Positions 9,211-18,341 of a DNA stretch of 64,000 nt are shown piece by piece (position 1 is the stretch's first letter; each line of letters opens with the position of its first letter). The notes beneath the pieces were generated by a model. The model was not told the DNA's origin, did not search any database, and saw nothing but the letters and a program-made list of their open reading frames with translations. The stretch lies in the IMG/VR virus record IMGVR_UViG_3300028558_000016, positions 372,001-436,000 of that record; one strand, written 5' to 3'. A program made the position numbers and the translations under genes.

Positions 9211-9708
9211 ATGGGGAAGATAAAGAAGTTCAAGGAATTCAACGAGAAGGAATCTGAGTATACCGTTTATTCAAATAAGAAAGGTGGAAAATTCTGGGGT
9301 GACCAGGGTGCTGGTGTTCTTCCCATTTGCAGAAAAACAGGAAGAATTCTTGTTGCCATGAGAGGTGAACAGGTAAATGAGCCTCACACGTGGGGAATTT
9401 TTGGAGGAGCGATGGACGAAGGAGAAACTCCAGAAGAATCTGCAAAAAGAGAATTAGTTGAAGAATCAGGATATACTGGAAAATTTGAAATCATTCCAGC
9501 TTTCATATATGTGTCTCTGGATCAAAAGTTCACATACAATAATTTCATAGGGATAGTCGACGAGGAATTCCAACCGGAATATGATTGGGAAACTGAATAT
9601 GCTAAATGGATGACTCTCGATGAATTGCTTAGTGCAAAGCCAAAACATTTCGGCTTAAAGAAGCTCTTGGACAAGAGCATGGATATAATCAAGAAATTTG
9701 CAAAGTAG
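9211..9708 (+). CDS. Nudix hydrolase
   Basis: GGAMDEGETPEESAKRELVEESG Nudix box; ends TAG-TAA. Confidence 0.9.
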   Translation: MGKIKKFKEFNEKESEYTVYSNKKGGKFWGDQGAGVLPICRKTGRILVAMRGEQVNEPHTWGIFGGAMDEGETPEESAKRELVEESGYTGKFEIIPAFIYVSLDQKFTYNNFIGIVDEEFQPEYDWETEYAKWMTLDELLSAKPKHFGLKKLLDKSMDIIKKFAK

Positions 9709-9719
9709 TAAAAACTATG

Positions 9720-10227
9720 AGCCGCCAGAACTTAAGATCGGTGATGAAAGTTTTTGTGGCGTTTCATAGACTTAGGTCATAGACTTGCGAAGAATCCCCT
9801 AAGGGCGTTAGTCTTGCAGAGGATTTCGACTTCCGCTAAGAAGTCCTCAGTCGTGCCAGTGTCAGTATACACTTAAAGCGTTCCATCAATCTCAAGCCTG
9901 ACGGCTCTCATTTTGATTCTTTTTCTTGGTTTGTGTTTGTTGTCGACACAGGTAGACAAACCTCGCTAAAAACCTACACTAATGGGTTCGTGCAGAACCA
10001 CGGAATTTTAATTTATGGCTCATAATGGTAAAAGCCTGATGCTGATCTTCCGCCAACAACTATCTGGTTTTTCTAACTCCAGAAAAATATCAGGTTTAAA
10101 GTCCCTGAGGGTGACTACAGGTTTTTATGCGCAAAGACCTTGTGTGAAAACAACGTCCGTATATCGGTCTACGGCAGACAGGCCACTCTATATGATCCTG
10201 AAGATCAGTCGGTGACGCGACATGGCT
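9720..10227 (-). ncRNA. candidate large structured ncRNA (about 510 nt)
   Basis: GC-richer gap with no credible ORF; long-range CTGATCTTC/GAAGATCAG pair; many hairpins; promoter-like TACTTTAG upstream on the minus strand. Confidence 0.5.
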
Positions 10228-10318
10228 AAAGTAATAATTTTTCTAATTCTGCTATAAAATAAATAAAAAATATTTTTAGTATATTTGAACTATTACCCAT
10301 ATCACTGATATAACTATC

Positions 10319-10726
10319 ATGAAGTTCAGAAGAAGAAGAAAATGGGTCATATTTAAGAAATGGCTTGCGAGCAAGTTTGATCCTGGTGAAACACTATTAA
10401 GTACGGAACAAGAAAAGGCATATAAAATAGCAAAGAAGTTAATCGTTGATGCTGATAGTGTTTTATATGCAGACGTGTCCGGTGAAGCAAGGTACATCAT
10501 CGTCAATGGAGAAAGATTTGTCAGGATGACAAGTGGCAAGATACGAATAATTGACGGCCCATACAAATATGACGTGACGTTTGATCCAAGAAGATTGGAT
10601 GAATTGAGACGCTTGTTTGCAAAAAATCTCGAACACAGGCACGATAGGTTAGAAGCTGAAATAGGAATGAGAGTGGAAAAAAGTTTGGATCATATTTTAA
10701 AAGAAATAGAAAATGATAACAATTGA
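10319..10726 (+). CDS. hypothetical protein
   Basis: ORF track; TATATTTG promoter upstream. Confidence 0.65.
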   Translation: MKFRRRRKWVIFKKWLASKFDPGETLLSTEQEKAYKIAKKLIVDADSVLYADVSGEARYIIVNGERFVRMTSGKIRIIDGPYKYDVTFDPRRLDELRRLFAKNLEHRHDRLEAEIGMRVEKSLDHILKEIENDNN

Positions 10727-11516
10727 TTTAGAAAAGAGCTTGGTCAGAAACAAAAGAAAGTTGTTGACCAACGAAGAAATCATGGTCCTCGATAAAATGG
10801 AAAAAATCGAGAACAACAAGGAGATAGAAGAACTCCGTTCAAAGCTTGGCATCTGGTCAGACAATGCTAAAACAGCAAGCAATGCTAAATCTAAAATTCT
10901 TATTTATAACAAGTATCCAGCTGACAGAATTTATTCTGAGTCTGACATCAGAAGCCTGTGTCTAAAATACGGCCTCAGATTTTTACCGAGCCATTATTTC
11001 AATGGTGAATTGGACACTGAACTTCCTGGAAAAATTAAACAATTTGAACAGAAATACCACCATGGTTGTTCAGGCGTGACAAAATACAATTCATTCATCG
11101 CAGCTCCGGCGGAAAGTTTTAAACTTCAAAAGAGACCTAAAGATCCTTTGTTCTTCGTTGAGGTGGAAAGAGTTGGATACATCTCTGAACAAAACGAGAA
11201 GCATTATTTCTTATTACATAAATGGGGAAATGATATTTCCATAACAAGATGGATCGCGAATCTCCCAATGAGAACCACTGCTTTGGCAAATGGGCTTTTA
11301 TTATCTCTTGGATTTTTGCTTGGAATGTTCACATCAATATTTTATAACAATCAACCGGTTGGTCTTTCTTTGATGTTTGGATTATTGGGAACAGTATTGA
11401 TGTTACTGGTTATCATGCTTGTTGGAATATTCTTAGACATGATAAGTGACGATTCGAGAATGGATATATTCGTCACAGGAAACGATGAAAAGTGGAACAG
11501 CCCATACATAAATTAA
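10713..11516 (+). CDS. membrane protein
   Basis: two C-terminal hydrophobic segments. Confidence 0.65.
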   Translation: MITIDLEKSLVRNKRKLLTNEEIMVLDKMEKIENNKEIEELRSKLGIWSDNAKTASNAKSKILIYNKYPADRIYSESDIRSLCLKYGLRFLPSHYFNGELDTELPGKIKQFEQKYHHGCSGVTKYNSFIAAPAESFKLQKRPKDPLFFVEVERVGYISEQNEKHYFLLHKWGNDISITRWIANLPMRTTALANGLLLSLGFLLGMFTSIFYNNQPVGLSLMFGLLGTVLMLLVIMLVGIFLDMISDDSRMDIFVTGNDEKWNSPYIN

Positions 11517-11517
11517 A

Positions 11518-11715
11518 ATGGAAAAATACAACGAGGCAAATTACTTCGCGATAAGTTTTTATAACGGAATCCTGTTCGGATTTTCGATAATAAAATATCC
11601 AGAGGAGAATCAGATGACTGAGCTTGCATTGCACATCATTCCCTTTGTGAAGATTTCTTGGATAAAACAGATGATGGATGATAAGGAGGCAGAAGAATTT
11701 TTAAACAAAGAATAA
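11518..11715 (+). CDS. hypothetical protein
   Basis: ORF track, tightly coupled. Confidence 0.55.
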   Translation: MEKYNEANYFAISFYNGILFGFSIIKYPEENQMTELALHIIPFVKISWIKQMMDDKEAEEFLNKE

Positions 11716-12227
11716 TGGAAAGAATACCATACGACAAAACCAAAGAAGAGAATTCAGTGGAAGTTCTCTTTGCGTCAAAATTTGAATCTCTTAAAAGACA
11801 CCCAATGACCGATGAGGTTGCAAAAATACTCATAACTCTTTCATTGGCACCAATTCCAGAAGATGACAAGGAAGCCAATGAGCAATTCCTTTGTAAAATT
11901 ATCGAGCAGCGTTTCAAGGCTCTTGGTTACACGATGGACATCAAGGGAAGAATATTTTTAGCATACATGACCAATTCTCCAGGAATGGCTGTTATGTATT
12001 GCCACTATCTTGCTTACTATTGCAAGAAAAACCACATCCTTAGTTTAACGTTTACGGACTTATGCATGGATGTTTTTCCATTTGGTTTTCCATCTGAGGA
12101 AGATCTTCATAAGCTTTGGGACGAACAGAAGGTTCACAGAGAACAAGATCAACCAGGAACTGACAATCTTCTTGATTATTTTGGAGCATCAAAATCCATA
12201 ATGGCTGTAACAGAAACAGATATATAA
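11715..12227 (+). CDS. hypothetical protein
   Basis: ORF track. Confidence 0.65.
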   Translation: MERIPYDKTKEENSVEVLFASKFESLKRHPMTDEVAKILITLSLAPIPEDDKEANEQFLCKIIEQRFKALGYTMDIKGRIFLAYMTNSPGMAVMYCHYLAYYCKKNHILSLTFTDLCMDVFPFGFPSEEDLHKLWDEQKVHREQDQPGTDNLLDYFGASKSIMAVTETDI

Positions 12228-12248
12228 AGAAAATATCGGTTTCAACCA

Positions 12249-12614
12249 ATGGCAAAGATTAAAGACTTCAAAGATTATTTAAACGAACAAAGCGAAGAAG
12301 ACCTTAAAAAGGAATGGCTTCCATCTGATTTTGATTTCAGACAATACGTAGATGATAATCTTCCAACATTAGCTAAGCGAGTATTGGTTCCCAACCAAAT
12401 AGATCACGTCGCACACCTTTTGGAAAGGCTTGCAAAAGCTTATTCAGGAGAAAAAGAAGACGATGATTTTCTCGAATTCATGATCCAAGAAAAATACGAT
12501 AAAGCTTTAATGACTGCAGATGACGTGAACAAGATAGCATTCTGTGTTTATGTTGTATTCCAGATCAACAAGGTTCCATTAATGCTAAGAGAGAAAAACA
12601 AGGTAGTTAATTGA
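12249..12614 (+). CDS. hypothetical protein with capsid-targeting-like N-terminus
   Basis: MAKIKDFKDYLNE. Confidence 0.6.
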   Translation: MAKIKDFKDYLNEQSEEDLKKEWLPSDFDFRQYVDDNLPTLAKRVLVPNQIDHVAHLLERLAKAYSGEKEDDDFLEFMIQEKYDKALMTADDVNKIAFCVYVVFQINKVPLMLREKNKVVN

Positions 12615-13283
12615 TTGAAGCATATTTCTCCATACTATCCGTTCGACGAGAACACATACAAGGATTTTTTTGAAAAAGAATATACCTGTCAGCTTGGAGC
12701 GGTCACGTTCGACGAGGCTAAAGTTATTTTCAATGGATTCAGATTGGTTCCAAAGAAGCTAATAAAGAAATTAATAAACATCATAGAGTTTGATCCGTCT
12801 CTTGGATCATCAAAAAAGTTTTATCCTAACCATGGAAGGTGGGAAGACAACTTCAGCACCATGTTTCTAAATAGAAGCGTTATAGACCTTGAACCAATGG
12901 AATCTGTTCATTTAATAATACATGAAATTGGTCATGCATTGGATCATAGACTTGGCGACATAACTAAAACACCAGATTGGTTGAACTTAAGCGGTTGGAC
13001 GTTAGACCCTCCAGGAATTAGTCAGGTTCAAAAAACAGATAAGAATTTCATTCATGGTGGAGAATATAGCAGATTGAAAATACAAGAAAAAGGAATGTAT
13101 TCTGTTTCAGATTGGTGGTACAAGGAAAATGCAAACTTCGTCAGATGGTATGCAAAAAGAAACCCACAGGAAGACTTTTGTGAGTCGTTCGCATATCTTG
13201 TAATGGAAGAAATTAACAGATTCAAAGGTTGTGAGGACAAGGCAAAGTTCATCAAGGACAATGTTTTGGTATACGGAAATTAA
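12615..13283 (+). CDS. zinc metallopeptidase-like protein
   Basis: HEIGH zincin motif and YAKRNPQEDFCES. Confidence 0.7.
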   Translation: MKHISPYYPFDENTYKDFFEKEYTCQLGAVTFDEAKVIFNGFRLVPKKLIKKLINIIEFDPSLGSSKKFYPNHGRWEDNFSTMFLNRSVIDLEPMESVHLIIHEIGHALDHRLGDITKTPDWLNLSGWTLDPPGISQVQKTDKNFIHGGEYSRLKIQEKGMYSVSDWWYKENANFVRWYAKRNPQEDFCESFAYLVMEEINRFKGCEDKAKFIKDNVLVYGN

Positions 13284-13293
13284 TATATAGAAT

Positions 13294-14010
13294 ATGAAAA
13301 ACTTCGACGAATTCTCAAACAGCATAAGGATCAATGAATCCGAAATCAAATTCTTAAATGAAGATGAAACAGAGCTTAATCAGCTTGGAATAGAACTTAC
13401 CAATTACATGGAAGATCAAGGAATTAAGTTTCCTGCATTCGACATTAAAAATGGAGTTCTTACATTAGATATGGCTGGAGAAGAGATTCACATAAAACCA
13501 GAACGTCAGGAATATAGCACTGGACATGGAACTCATCCAGGTTACGTTGTTTCAATGAAGCACAATCCCGATGAAAAGGTTGAAGACATTTTTGGATGGT
13601 TAGCAAGACACGTTTCTGCGTACCAACACGGTGAAGGAGAATATCATCACGAGACTTGGGTTGAAAAAATGAGAGACAAATTTGCAAGTCAGGCTGGAAT
13701 GGATGAAGGAATAGGATTGCTTCCAGATGAAGGACCATTCAAAGGAAAAACACCTGCAGAAAGAGTAAAGAACTATGCCAAGACATTGAACAAGAATAAG
13801 GTTGACAGAAAGGATGCAGAAGATTTTAATACTCTTTTGGGAATGATTGCTAAAAAAGATTCTGCAGCACAGGATTTCTTTTGGAATTTAGACACTTCGG
13901 TTAGGGATACTTTTGCGTCCGCTTATATTAATAGAGCAGATGGTAAGATCCTTGATATGGATGCCAAGAAAGAACTTTCTTCTTTATTAAAAGTAAGTAT
14001 TTCAAAATAA
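13294..14010 (+). CDS. hypothetical protein (possible internal virion protein)
   Basis: MKNFDEF...INES...LNE; ATATATAG upstream. Confidence 0.6.
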   Translation: MKNFDEFSNSIRINESEIKFLNEDETELNQLGIELTNYMEDQGIKFPAFDIKNGVLTLDMAGEEIHIKPERQEYSTGHGTHPGYVVSMKHNPDEKVEDIFGWLARHVSAYQHGEGEYHHETWVEKMRDKFASQAGMDEGIGLLPDEGPFKGKTPAERVKNYAKTLNKNKVDRKDAEDFNTLLGMIAKKDSAAQDFFWNLDTSVRDTFASAYINRADGKILDMDAKKELSSLLKVSISK

Positions 14011-14080
14011 ATTTTTTAGTTTCAAATATAGTGCCTATATTTGCATTGTAAATAAAACTGAAACAAAGAAAGATATATAG
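14008..14080 (+). promoter_or_regulatory. conserved operon promoter block
   Basis: TTTTTTAGTTTCAAATATAGTGCCTATATTTG...GAAACAAA..GATATATA. Confidence 0.65.
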
Positions 14081-14186
14081 AATAGAAGTAGAGATTGTGA
14101 CGCTACCCTTTGACAAATGATTAAGTAGAGTACGGGGTTTAATCTGAAAAAGCAAACCAATCGAAACTTCAAACATAATAACGAAC

Positions 14187-14276
14187 ATGAGATTTAATAA
14201 TAATAATCAGCAACAGTATCAACAGAATAATTATTCTGGTTGCGTGTTATTATTTTCTCCTGTCTCTGTTGATTGA
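14187..14276 (+). CDS. attenuator leader peptide, Asn/Gln/Tyr-rich (29 aa)
   Basis: MRFNNNNQQQYQQNNYSGCVLLFSPVSVD*. Confidence 0.85.
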   Translation: MRFNNNNQQQYQQNNYSGCVLLFSPVSVD

Positions 14277-14337
14277 CAGTTAAGATTTTAAGAGAATAAC
14301 ACGCAACCCGAACCGAAACGTTCGGGTTTTTTATTTT
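14238..14337 (+). terminator. attenuator: antiterminator and intrinsic terminator
   Basis: GGTTGCGTGTTATT(14238-51)/AATAACACGCAACC(14295-308), 14 bp, overlaps terminator AACCCGAAC-CGAAAC-GTTCGGGTT-TTTT. Confidence 0.85.
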
Positions 14338-14354
14338 CAAAAAAATCAAAAGTC

Positions 14355-14591
14355 ATGAAAACACCTCAGTGGTATAAACGAAAAATCAAGGAGGTCAAGA
14401 AACAGAAAAGAGAATTGACCTCTACAGAAATAGGCACGTTCTTCAATGGAGTAACCCTCACTAACAAGAGGAGGAAAGAAATGAAGGAAGATCTTAAGAA
14501 AGAAAAAAGATCTTACAAGCGTGCAGAAAAACAGGATCTCAAAAAGTCTATAGACGAAGAGATCCAAGATTGGAAAAGGAAGAAGCATTAA
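14355..14591 (+). CDS. small basic hypothetical protein
   Basis: ORF track, K/R-rich. Confidence 0.6.
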   Translation: MKTPQWYKRKIKEVKKQKRELTSTEIGTFFNGVTLTNKRRKEMKEDLKKEKRSYKRAEKQDLKKSIDEEIQDWKRKKH

Positions 14592-14604
14592 GCTTCTTCC
14601 ACAA

Positions 14605-14691
14605 GGGTAAGTTGCCGTAGTGGCCGAACGGTCCAGACTGTTAATCTGGTGAGAGCAATCTCCGTCGTGGGTTCGAATCCCACCTCGCCCT
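14605..14691 (+). tRNA. tRNA-Asn(GTT), long variable arm
   Basis: CCAGA-CTGTTAA-TCTGG; variable arm GAGAGCAATCTC. Confidence 0.8.
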
Positions 14692-14698
14692 CAACTTT

Positions 14699-14771
14699 TG
14701 GAGATTAGCTCAGTTGGTAGAGCTGCTGGTTGTTAGCCAGATGGTCGCGGGTTCGATCCCTGCATCTCCAG
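14699..14771 (+). tRNA. tRNA-Asn(GTT)
   Basis: CTGG-TTGTTAG-CCAG; TGGAGAT/ATCTCCA; G73. Confidence 0.85.
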
Positions 14772-14776
14772 CAAAT

Positions 14777-14848
14777 GCGCAAATAGCTCAGCGGTAGAGC
14801 AACCGGCTGTTAACCGGTAGGTCGCAGGTTCGATCCCTGCTTTGCGCG
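14777..14848 (+). tRNA. tRNA-Asn(GTT)
   Basis: ACCGG-CTGTTAA-CCGGT; GCGCAAA/TTTGCGC; G73. Confidence 0.92.
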
Positions 14849-14862
14849 CAAAAATAAAAGTA

Positions 14863-15111
14863 ATGGAAACAAAAACATTTGGTGAATGGTTAGAATTTCT
14901 GCCATCAGAACAATATCAAAGATTATCTTATGACGATAAGATGATTGCAACTATGAAATTGTTATTTGAGAAGGGTGAAAGAAACCCAAGTGCAATCACA
15001 GCAAAACTGTGGTACTTGGGATTCAAGGAAGGAAGATTCACTGACATAAGAAAACTTGCTGAGCATCAATTCAAATTGTACTCACAAGCACAAGCAGAGA
15101 AAGTAAGATAA
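14863..15111 (+). CDS. hypothetical protein
   Basis: METKTFGEWL..., start moved downstream of the tRNA. Confidence 0.6.
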   Translation: METKTFGEWLEFLPSEQYQRLSYDDKMIATMKLLFEKGERNPSAITAKLWYLGFKEGRFTDIRKLAEHQFKLYSQAQAEKVR

Positions 15112-15115
15112 AAAT

Positions 15116-15188
15116 TGTCCTGTGGTGTAACTGGCAACACGTGTGATTTTGGCTCATAAGAGTGCAGGTTCGAGCCCTGCCGGGACAA
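15116..15188 (+). tRNA. tRNA-Gln(TTG)
   Basis: TGTGA-TTTTGGC-TCATA; TGTCCTG/CGGGACA. Confidence 0.88.
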
Positions 15189-15208
15189 CAGTTGAAATGG
15201 AAATATAT

Positions 15209-15292
15209 TGGGGATCGCCGGAGTTGGAGAGCCGGGACAGTCTGTAAAACTGTTGACTTCGGTCTGAGTGGGTTCGAATCCCATGTCCCCAA
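15209..15292 (+). tRNA. tRNA-Tyr(GTA)
   Basis: ACAGT-CTGTAAA-ACTGT; long variable arm. Confidence 0.88.
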
Positions 15293-15315
15293 CAGTTCTT
15301 TGAAAATAAATTTAT

Positions 15316-15430
15316 GGGGAAGTAGCTCAGTTGGCAGAGCAATAGAAAAAAGCGTATTCTGCCCAAGAATATTTACAGCAACACAAAAGTAAATCTGTGT
15401 GCGGCCGTTCGAATCGGTCCTTCCCCACCA
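15316..15430 (+). ncRNA. tRNA scaffold with a large insert replacing the anticodon loop
   Basis: GGGGAAG/CTTCCCC+ACCA, intact D and T arms; insert contains GTATTCTG...GAATATTTACAGCAA. Confidence 0.7.
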
Positions 15431-15431
15431 T

Positions 15432-15505
15432 GGGACATTCCATACTAATTGGTAAGTCACTCGGTTGTAACCCGAGAAATGGGGGTTCGAGTCCCTCATG
15501 TCCCA
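15432..15505 (+). tRNA. tRNA-Tyr(GTA), short variable loop
   Basis: CTCGG-TTGTAAC-CCGAG; GGGACAT/ATGTCCC; irregular D region. Confidence 0.75.
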
Positions 15506-15506
15506 C

Positions 15507-15590
15507 TGTACAGTATGCAAATTGGCGAAGCGAACAGATTTTGGATCTGTTGGAGTAATCCCGCTGCAGGTTCGAGCCCTGCCTGTATAA
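15507..15590 (+). tRNA. tRNA-Gln(TTG), long variable arm
   Basis: ACAGA-TTTTGGA-TCTGT; TGTACAG/CTGTATA. Confidence 0.78.
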
Positions 15591-15604
15591 CTAAAATTAA
15601 AAAC

Positions 15605-16669
15605 ATGGAACAATTTCCACATAACGAAGAAGTAGACTTTAATAAAAAGTTGAATGTAAAATTTGGAATAGATCCAACTGCAGATAGATTGCATTTGGGA
15701 CATTTGATACCTTTGCGATTTGCGAAGAAGATGTTAGACAATGGACATAACCTTGACATAGTGTTAGGAACGTTCACTGCGCAGCTTGGAGATCCTTCTG
15801 GAAAAGATTCAATGAGACCTATATTGGACTCTGAAACTACTAAAGACAATGCAATTGCATTATTGCCTATCATCAGAAGGATTTTAAAGAAAGATTTTAA
15901 TCTTCATTTCAATCATGAATGGTTCAAAAGAATGAATGCGATTGATATGATCAACATTCTTTCTAAGTTTACAGCAAATCAATTGTTGTCGAGAGACTCT
16001 TTTCAAAAAAGAATTTCAAATGAAGATGGAATTGGTATGCATGAATTAACTGTTCCTATTTTGCAAGGATTTGATTCTGTTCATTTGAAAACAGATCTCG
16101 AAATAGGAGGCAACGATCAATTGTTTAACTTTAAAATAACAAGAGATCTGCAAAGAGCATTTAATCAAAAGCCGGAGATTTGCATGTTGATGCCAATAAT
16201 CAATGGAACTGATGGGAGAAAAATGAGCAAGACGTTTAAGAATTGCATTTTTCTCGATGACAGTCCCGTAGATGTTTTTGGGAAAACGATGTCCATATCT
16301 GATGAGTTGATGAAAGAATGGTTCATGGTTTTTATGGATGAATCAATAGGTCATCCAATGGAAGCAAAGAAAAAACTCGCATTTCAAATAACAAAAGAAG
16401 TGTGGGACGAAGATAATGCTAAAATTGCATTGGAACATTTTGAAAGAGTAATACAAAAGAAGAATGTACCGGTAGAAATTAAGGACATTAAAGACACAGA
16501 TATTTTAAAAGTCATTATGGAATTACGTAAATGTTCTGCCACAGAAGCAAGAAGATTATTGTCGCAAGGAGCAGTTAAAGTCAATGATGAAAAAGCATTA
16601 GAAGAAAAGACCTTATCATCTGGAGACATTGTAAAGGTTGGTAAGCTGAACTTTGCTAAGATAATGTAA
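15605..16669 (+). CDS. tyrS: tyrosyl-tRNA synthetase
   Basis: GIDPTADRLHLGH, GGNDQLFN, KMSKT, C-terminal S4 domain. Confidence 0.95.
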   Translation: MEQFPHNEEVDFNKKLNVKFGIDPTADRLHLGHLIPLRFAKKMLDNGHNLDIVLGTFTAQLGDPSGKDSMRPILDSETTKDNAIALLPIIRRILKKDFNLHFNHEWFKRMNAIDMINILSKFTANQLLSRDSFQKRISNEDGIGMHELTVPILQGFDSVHLKTDLEIGGNDQLFNFKITRDLQRAFNQKPEICMLMPIINGTDGRKMSKTFKNCIFLDDSPVDVFGKTMSISDELMKEWFMVFMDESIGHPMEAKKKLAFQITKEVWDEDNAKIALEHFERVIQKKNVPVEIKDIKDTDILKVIMELRKCSATEARRLLSQGAVKVNDEKALEEKTLSSGDIVKVGKLNFAKIM

Positions 16670-16689
16670 AAAGAATTTTGTATATTTAC

Positions 16690-16762
16690 TGTCTCGTAGC
16701 GCAACTGGCAGAGCGCCTGATTCTGGATCAGGAGGTTGGAGGTTCGAGCCCTCCCGAGACAA
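16690..16762 (+). tRNA. tRNA-Gln(CTG)
   Basis: CCTGA-TTCTGGA-TCAGG; TGTCTCG/CGAGACA. Confidence 0.92.
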
Positions 16763-16781
16763 CAATTAAAACATAAATAAT

Positions 16782-18341
16782 ATGTCAAGAAAAGTAAGAG
16801 TAAGATTTGCCCCGTCACCGACAGGGCCACTTCACATGGGTGGCGTAAGAACCGCCTTGTATAATTATCTCTTTGCTAAAAAGCACGGAGGTGATTTCAT
16901 TTTAAGAATAGAAGATACAGACAAAGACAGATTTGTTCCTGGCGCAGAAGCTTACATCATTGAAGCTTTGAATTGGTGTGGAATAACTCCTAACGAAGGA
17001 ATAGATGGAAATTCTGTTCTTGATACATACAAGCAATCAAAAAGAAATGAGGCTGGAATATACAATCCTTATGTTGCAAAATTAATTGCAGAAGGAAATG
17101 CATATTACGCATTTGATACTAAAGAAGATCTTGACGCATTGAGAACTTCTGTTTCTGAAAAAAGAAAAGCAGGATTAAAAGTAAGAGAATTCGCTTATGG
17201 TGTTTTCACAAGAGAATTATTGAACAACAGCTTGAACATGACTGCCGATGAATTGAAAGCAAGATTGGATGCTGGAATTCCTTATGTCATTCGTTTGAAG
17301 ATGCCTAAGGAAGTTGAAATTAAATTCGTTGATTTGATCAGAGGTGCTGTCACTGTAAAAAGTCACACCATCGATGATAAGGTTATATTCAAGAGCGATG
17401 GACTTCCAACATACCATTTGGCAAATGTTGTTGACGATCACTTGATGGACATTTCTCACGTCATTAGAGGTGAGGAGTGGTTGCCATCGGCACCGTTGCA
17501 CGTCATGCTATACAAGATGTTAGGTTGGGAAGATACCATGCCTGAGTTTGCACACCTTCCTTTGATCATGGGACCAAGCGGTAAATTGAGCAAGAGAGAT
17601 GGAGATACATTGGGATTTCCTGTATATCCTTTAAAGTATACAGATCCAAAAACATCTGAGACATCGAGCGGTTACCGTGAGAATGGTTTCTTGCCAAGTG
17701 CATTCAATAACATGGTTGCATTTCTTGGTTGGAATCCAGGTGGCACCGATGAGGTATTCACAATGGATGAAATGATCGATAAATTCTCTTTGGATAGAGT
17801 AGGAAAATCAGGAGCTAAATTCGATTTGAAGAAGGCTAATTGGTTCAATCACCAACACATGATGAAGTCTGATAATGATGACTTGGCAAAATTATGGATC
17901 AGCAATGGAGGATTATACAATGGAGCCATGGGTGTTTGGTCTACTGATGCGACAAAACAACGTGTTGATTCATTTGAATATGTTTCAAAGGTTTGTGGAT
18001 TGCTTAAAGAGAAGGTTTCTAACATCAATGATTTTTGGAATTCTGGAAAATATTTCTTTATTGCGCCTGAGCCAAGTCTTGGAACAGAACATTCTTCGTT
18101 CTTGGCAGAAGTAATTGCAAACATAACTAAGGATGAAGTGTTCAATCACGATTCTTTAAGAGCTGTGTTTGATGCTTCAGTTAAGGCAACCGGTGTTGAC
18201 GCAAGAGAGGCTGGAATGGTTTTAAGGATTGCTGTAACAGGAATGAAAGTTGGTCCACCTTTATTTGATGCAATGGAATTGATAGGTAAAAATGAATCAA
18301 TAAACAGAATAGCATCTAACGTGGTAGTCAATCATGAGTAA
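16782..18341 (+). CDS. gltX: glutamyl-tRNA synthetase
   Basis: RFAPSPTGPLHMGG, RIEDTD, HVIRGEEW, KLSKR. Confidence 0.96.
   Translation: MSRKVRVRFAPSPTGPLHMGGVRTALYNYLFAKKHGGDFILRIEDTDKDRFVPGAEAYIIEALNWCGITPNEGIDGNSVLDTYKQSKRNEAGIYNPYVAKLIAEGNAYYAFDTKEDLDALRTSVSEKRKAGLKVREFAYGVFTRELLNNSLNMTADELKARLDAGIPYVIRLKMPKEVEIKFVDLIRGAVTVKSHTIDDKVIFKSDGLPTYHLANVVDDHLMDISHVIRGEEWLPSAPLHVMLYKMLGWEDTMPEFAHLPLIMGPSGKLSKRDGDTLGFPVYPLKYTDPKTSETSSGYRENGFLPSAFNNMVAFLGWNPGGTDEVFTMDEMIDKFSLDRVGKSGAKFDLKKANWFNHQHMMKSDNDDLAKLWISNGGLYNGAMGVWSTDATKQRVDSFEYVSKVCGLLKEKVSNINDFWNSGKYFFIAPEPSLGTEHSSFLAEVIANITKDEVFNHDSLRAVFDASVKATGVDAREAGMVLRIAVTGMKVGPPLFDAMELIGKNESINRIASNVVVNHE

Noticed and set aside
14085-14337. T-box riboswitch upstream of the aaRS operons
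   Set aside because: No T-box consensus (AGGGTGGNACCGCG) or specifier stem; the translated leader explains the structure better.
15449-15604. ORF-track N-terminal extensions of TyrRS (also at 41854, 42409, 45305, 46300, 25229, 63065)
   Set aside because: They run through tRNA genes or terminators; downstream ATG starts were used instead.
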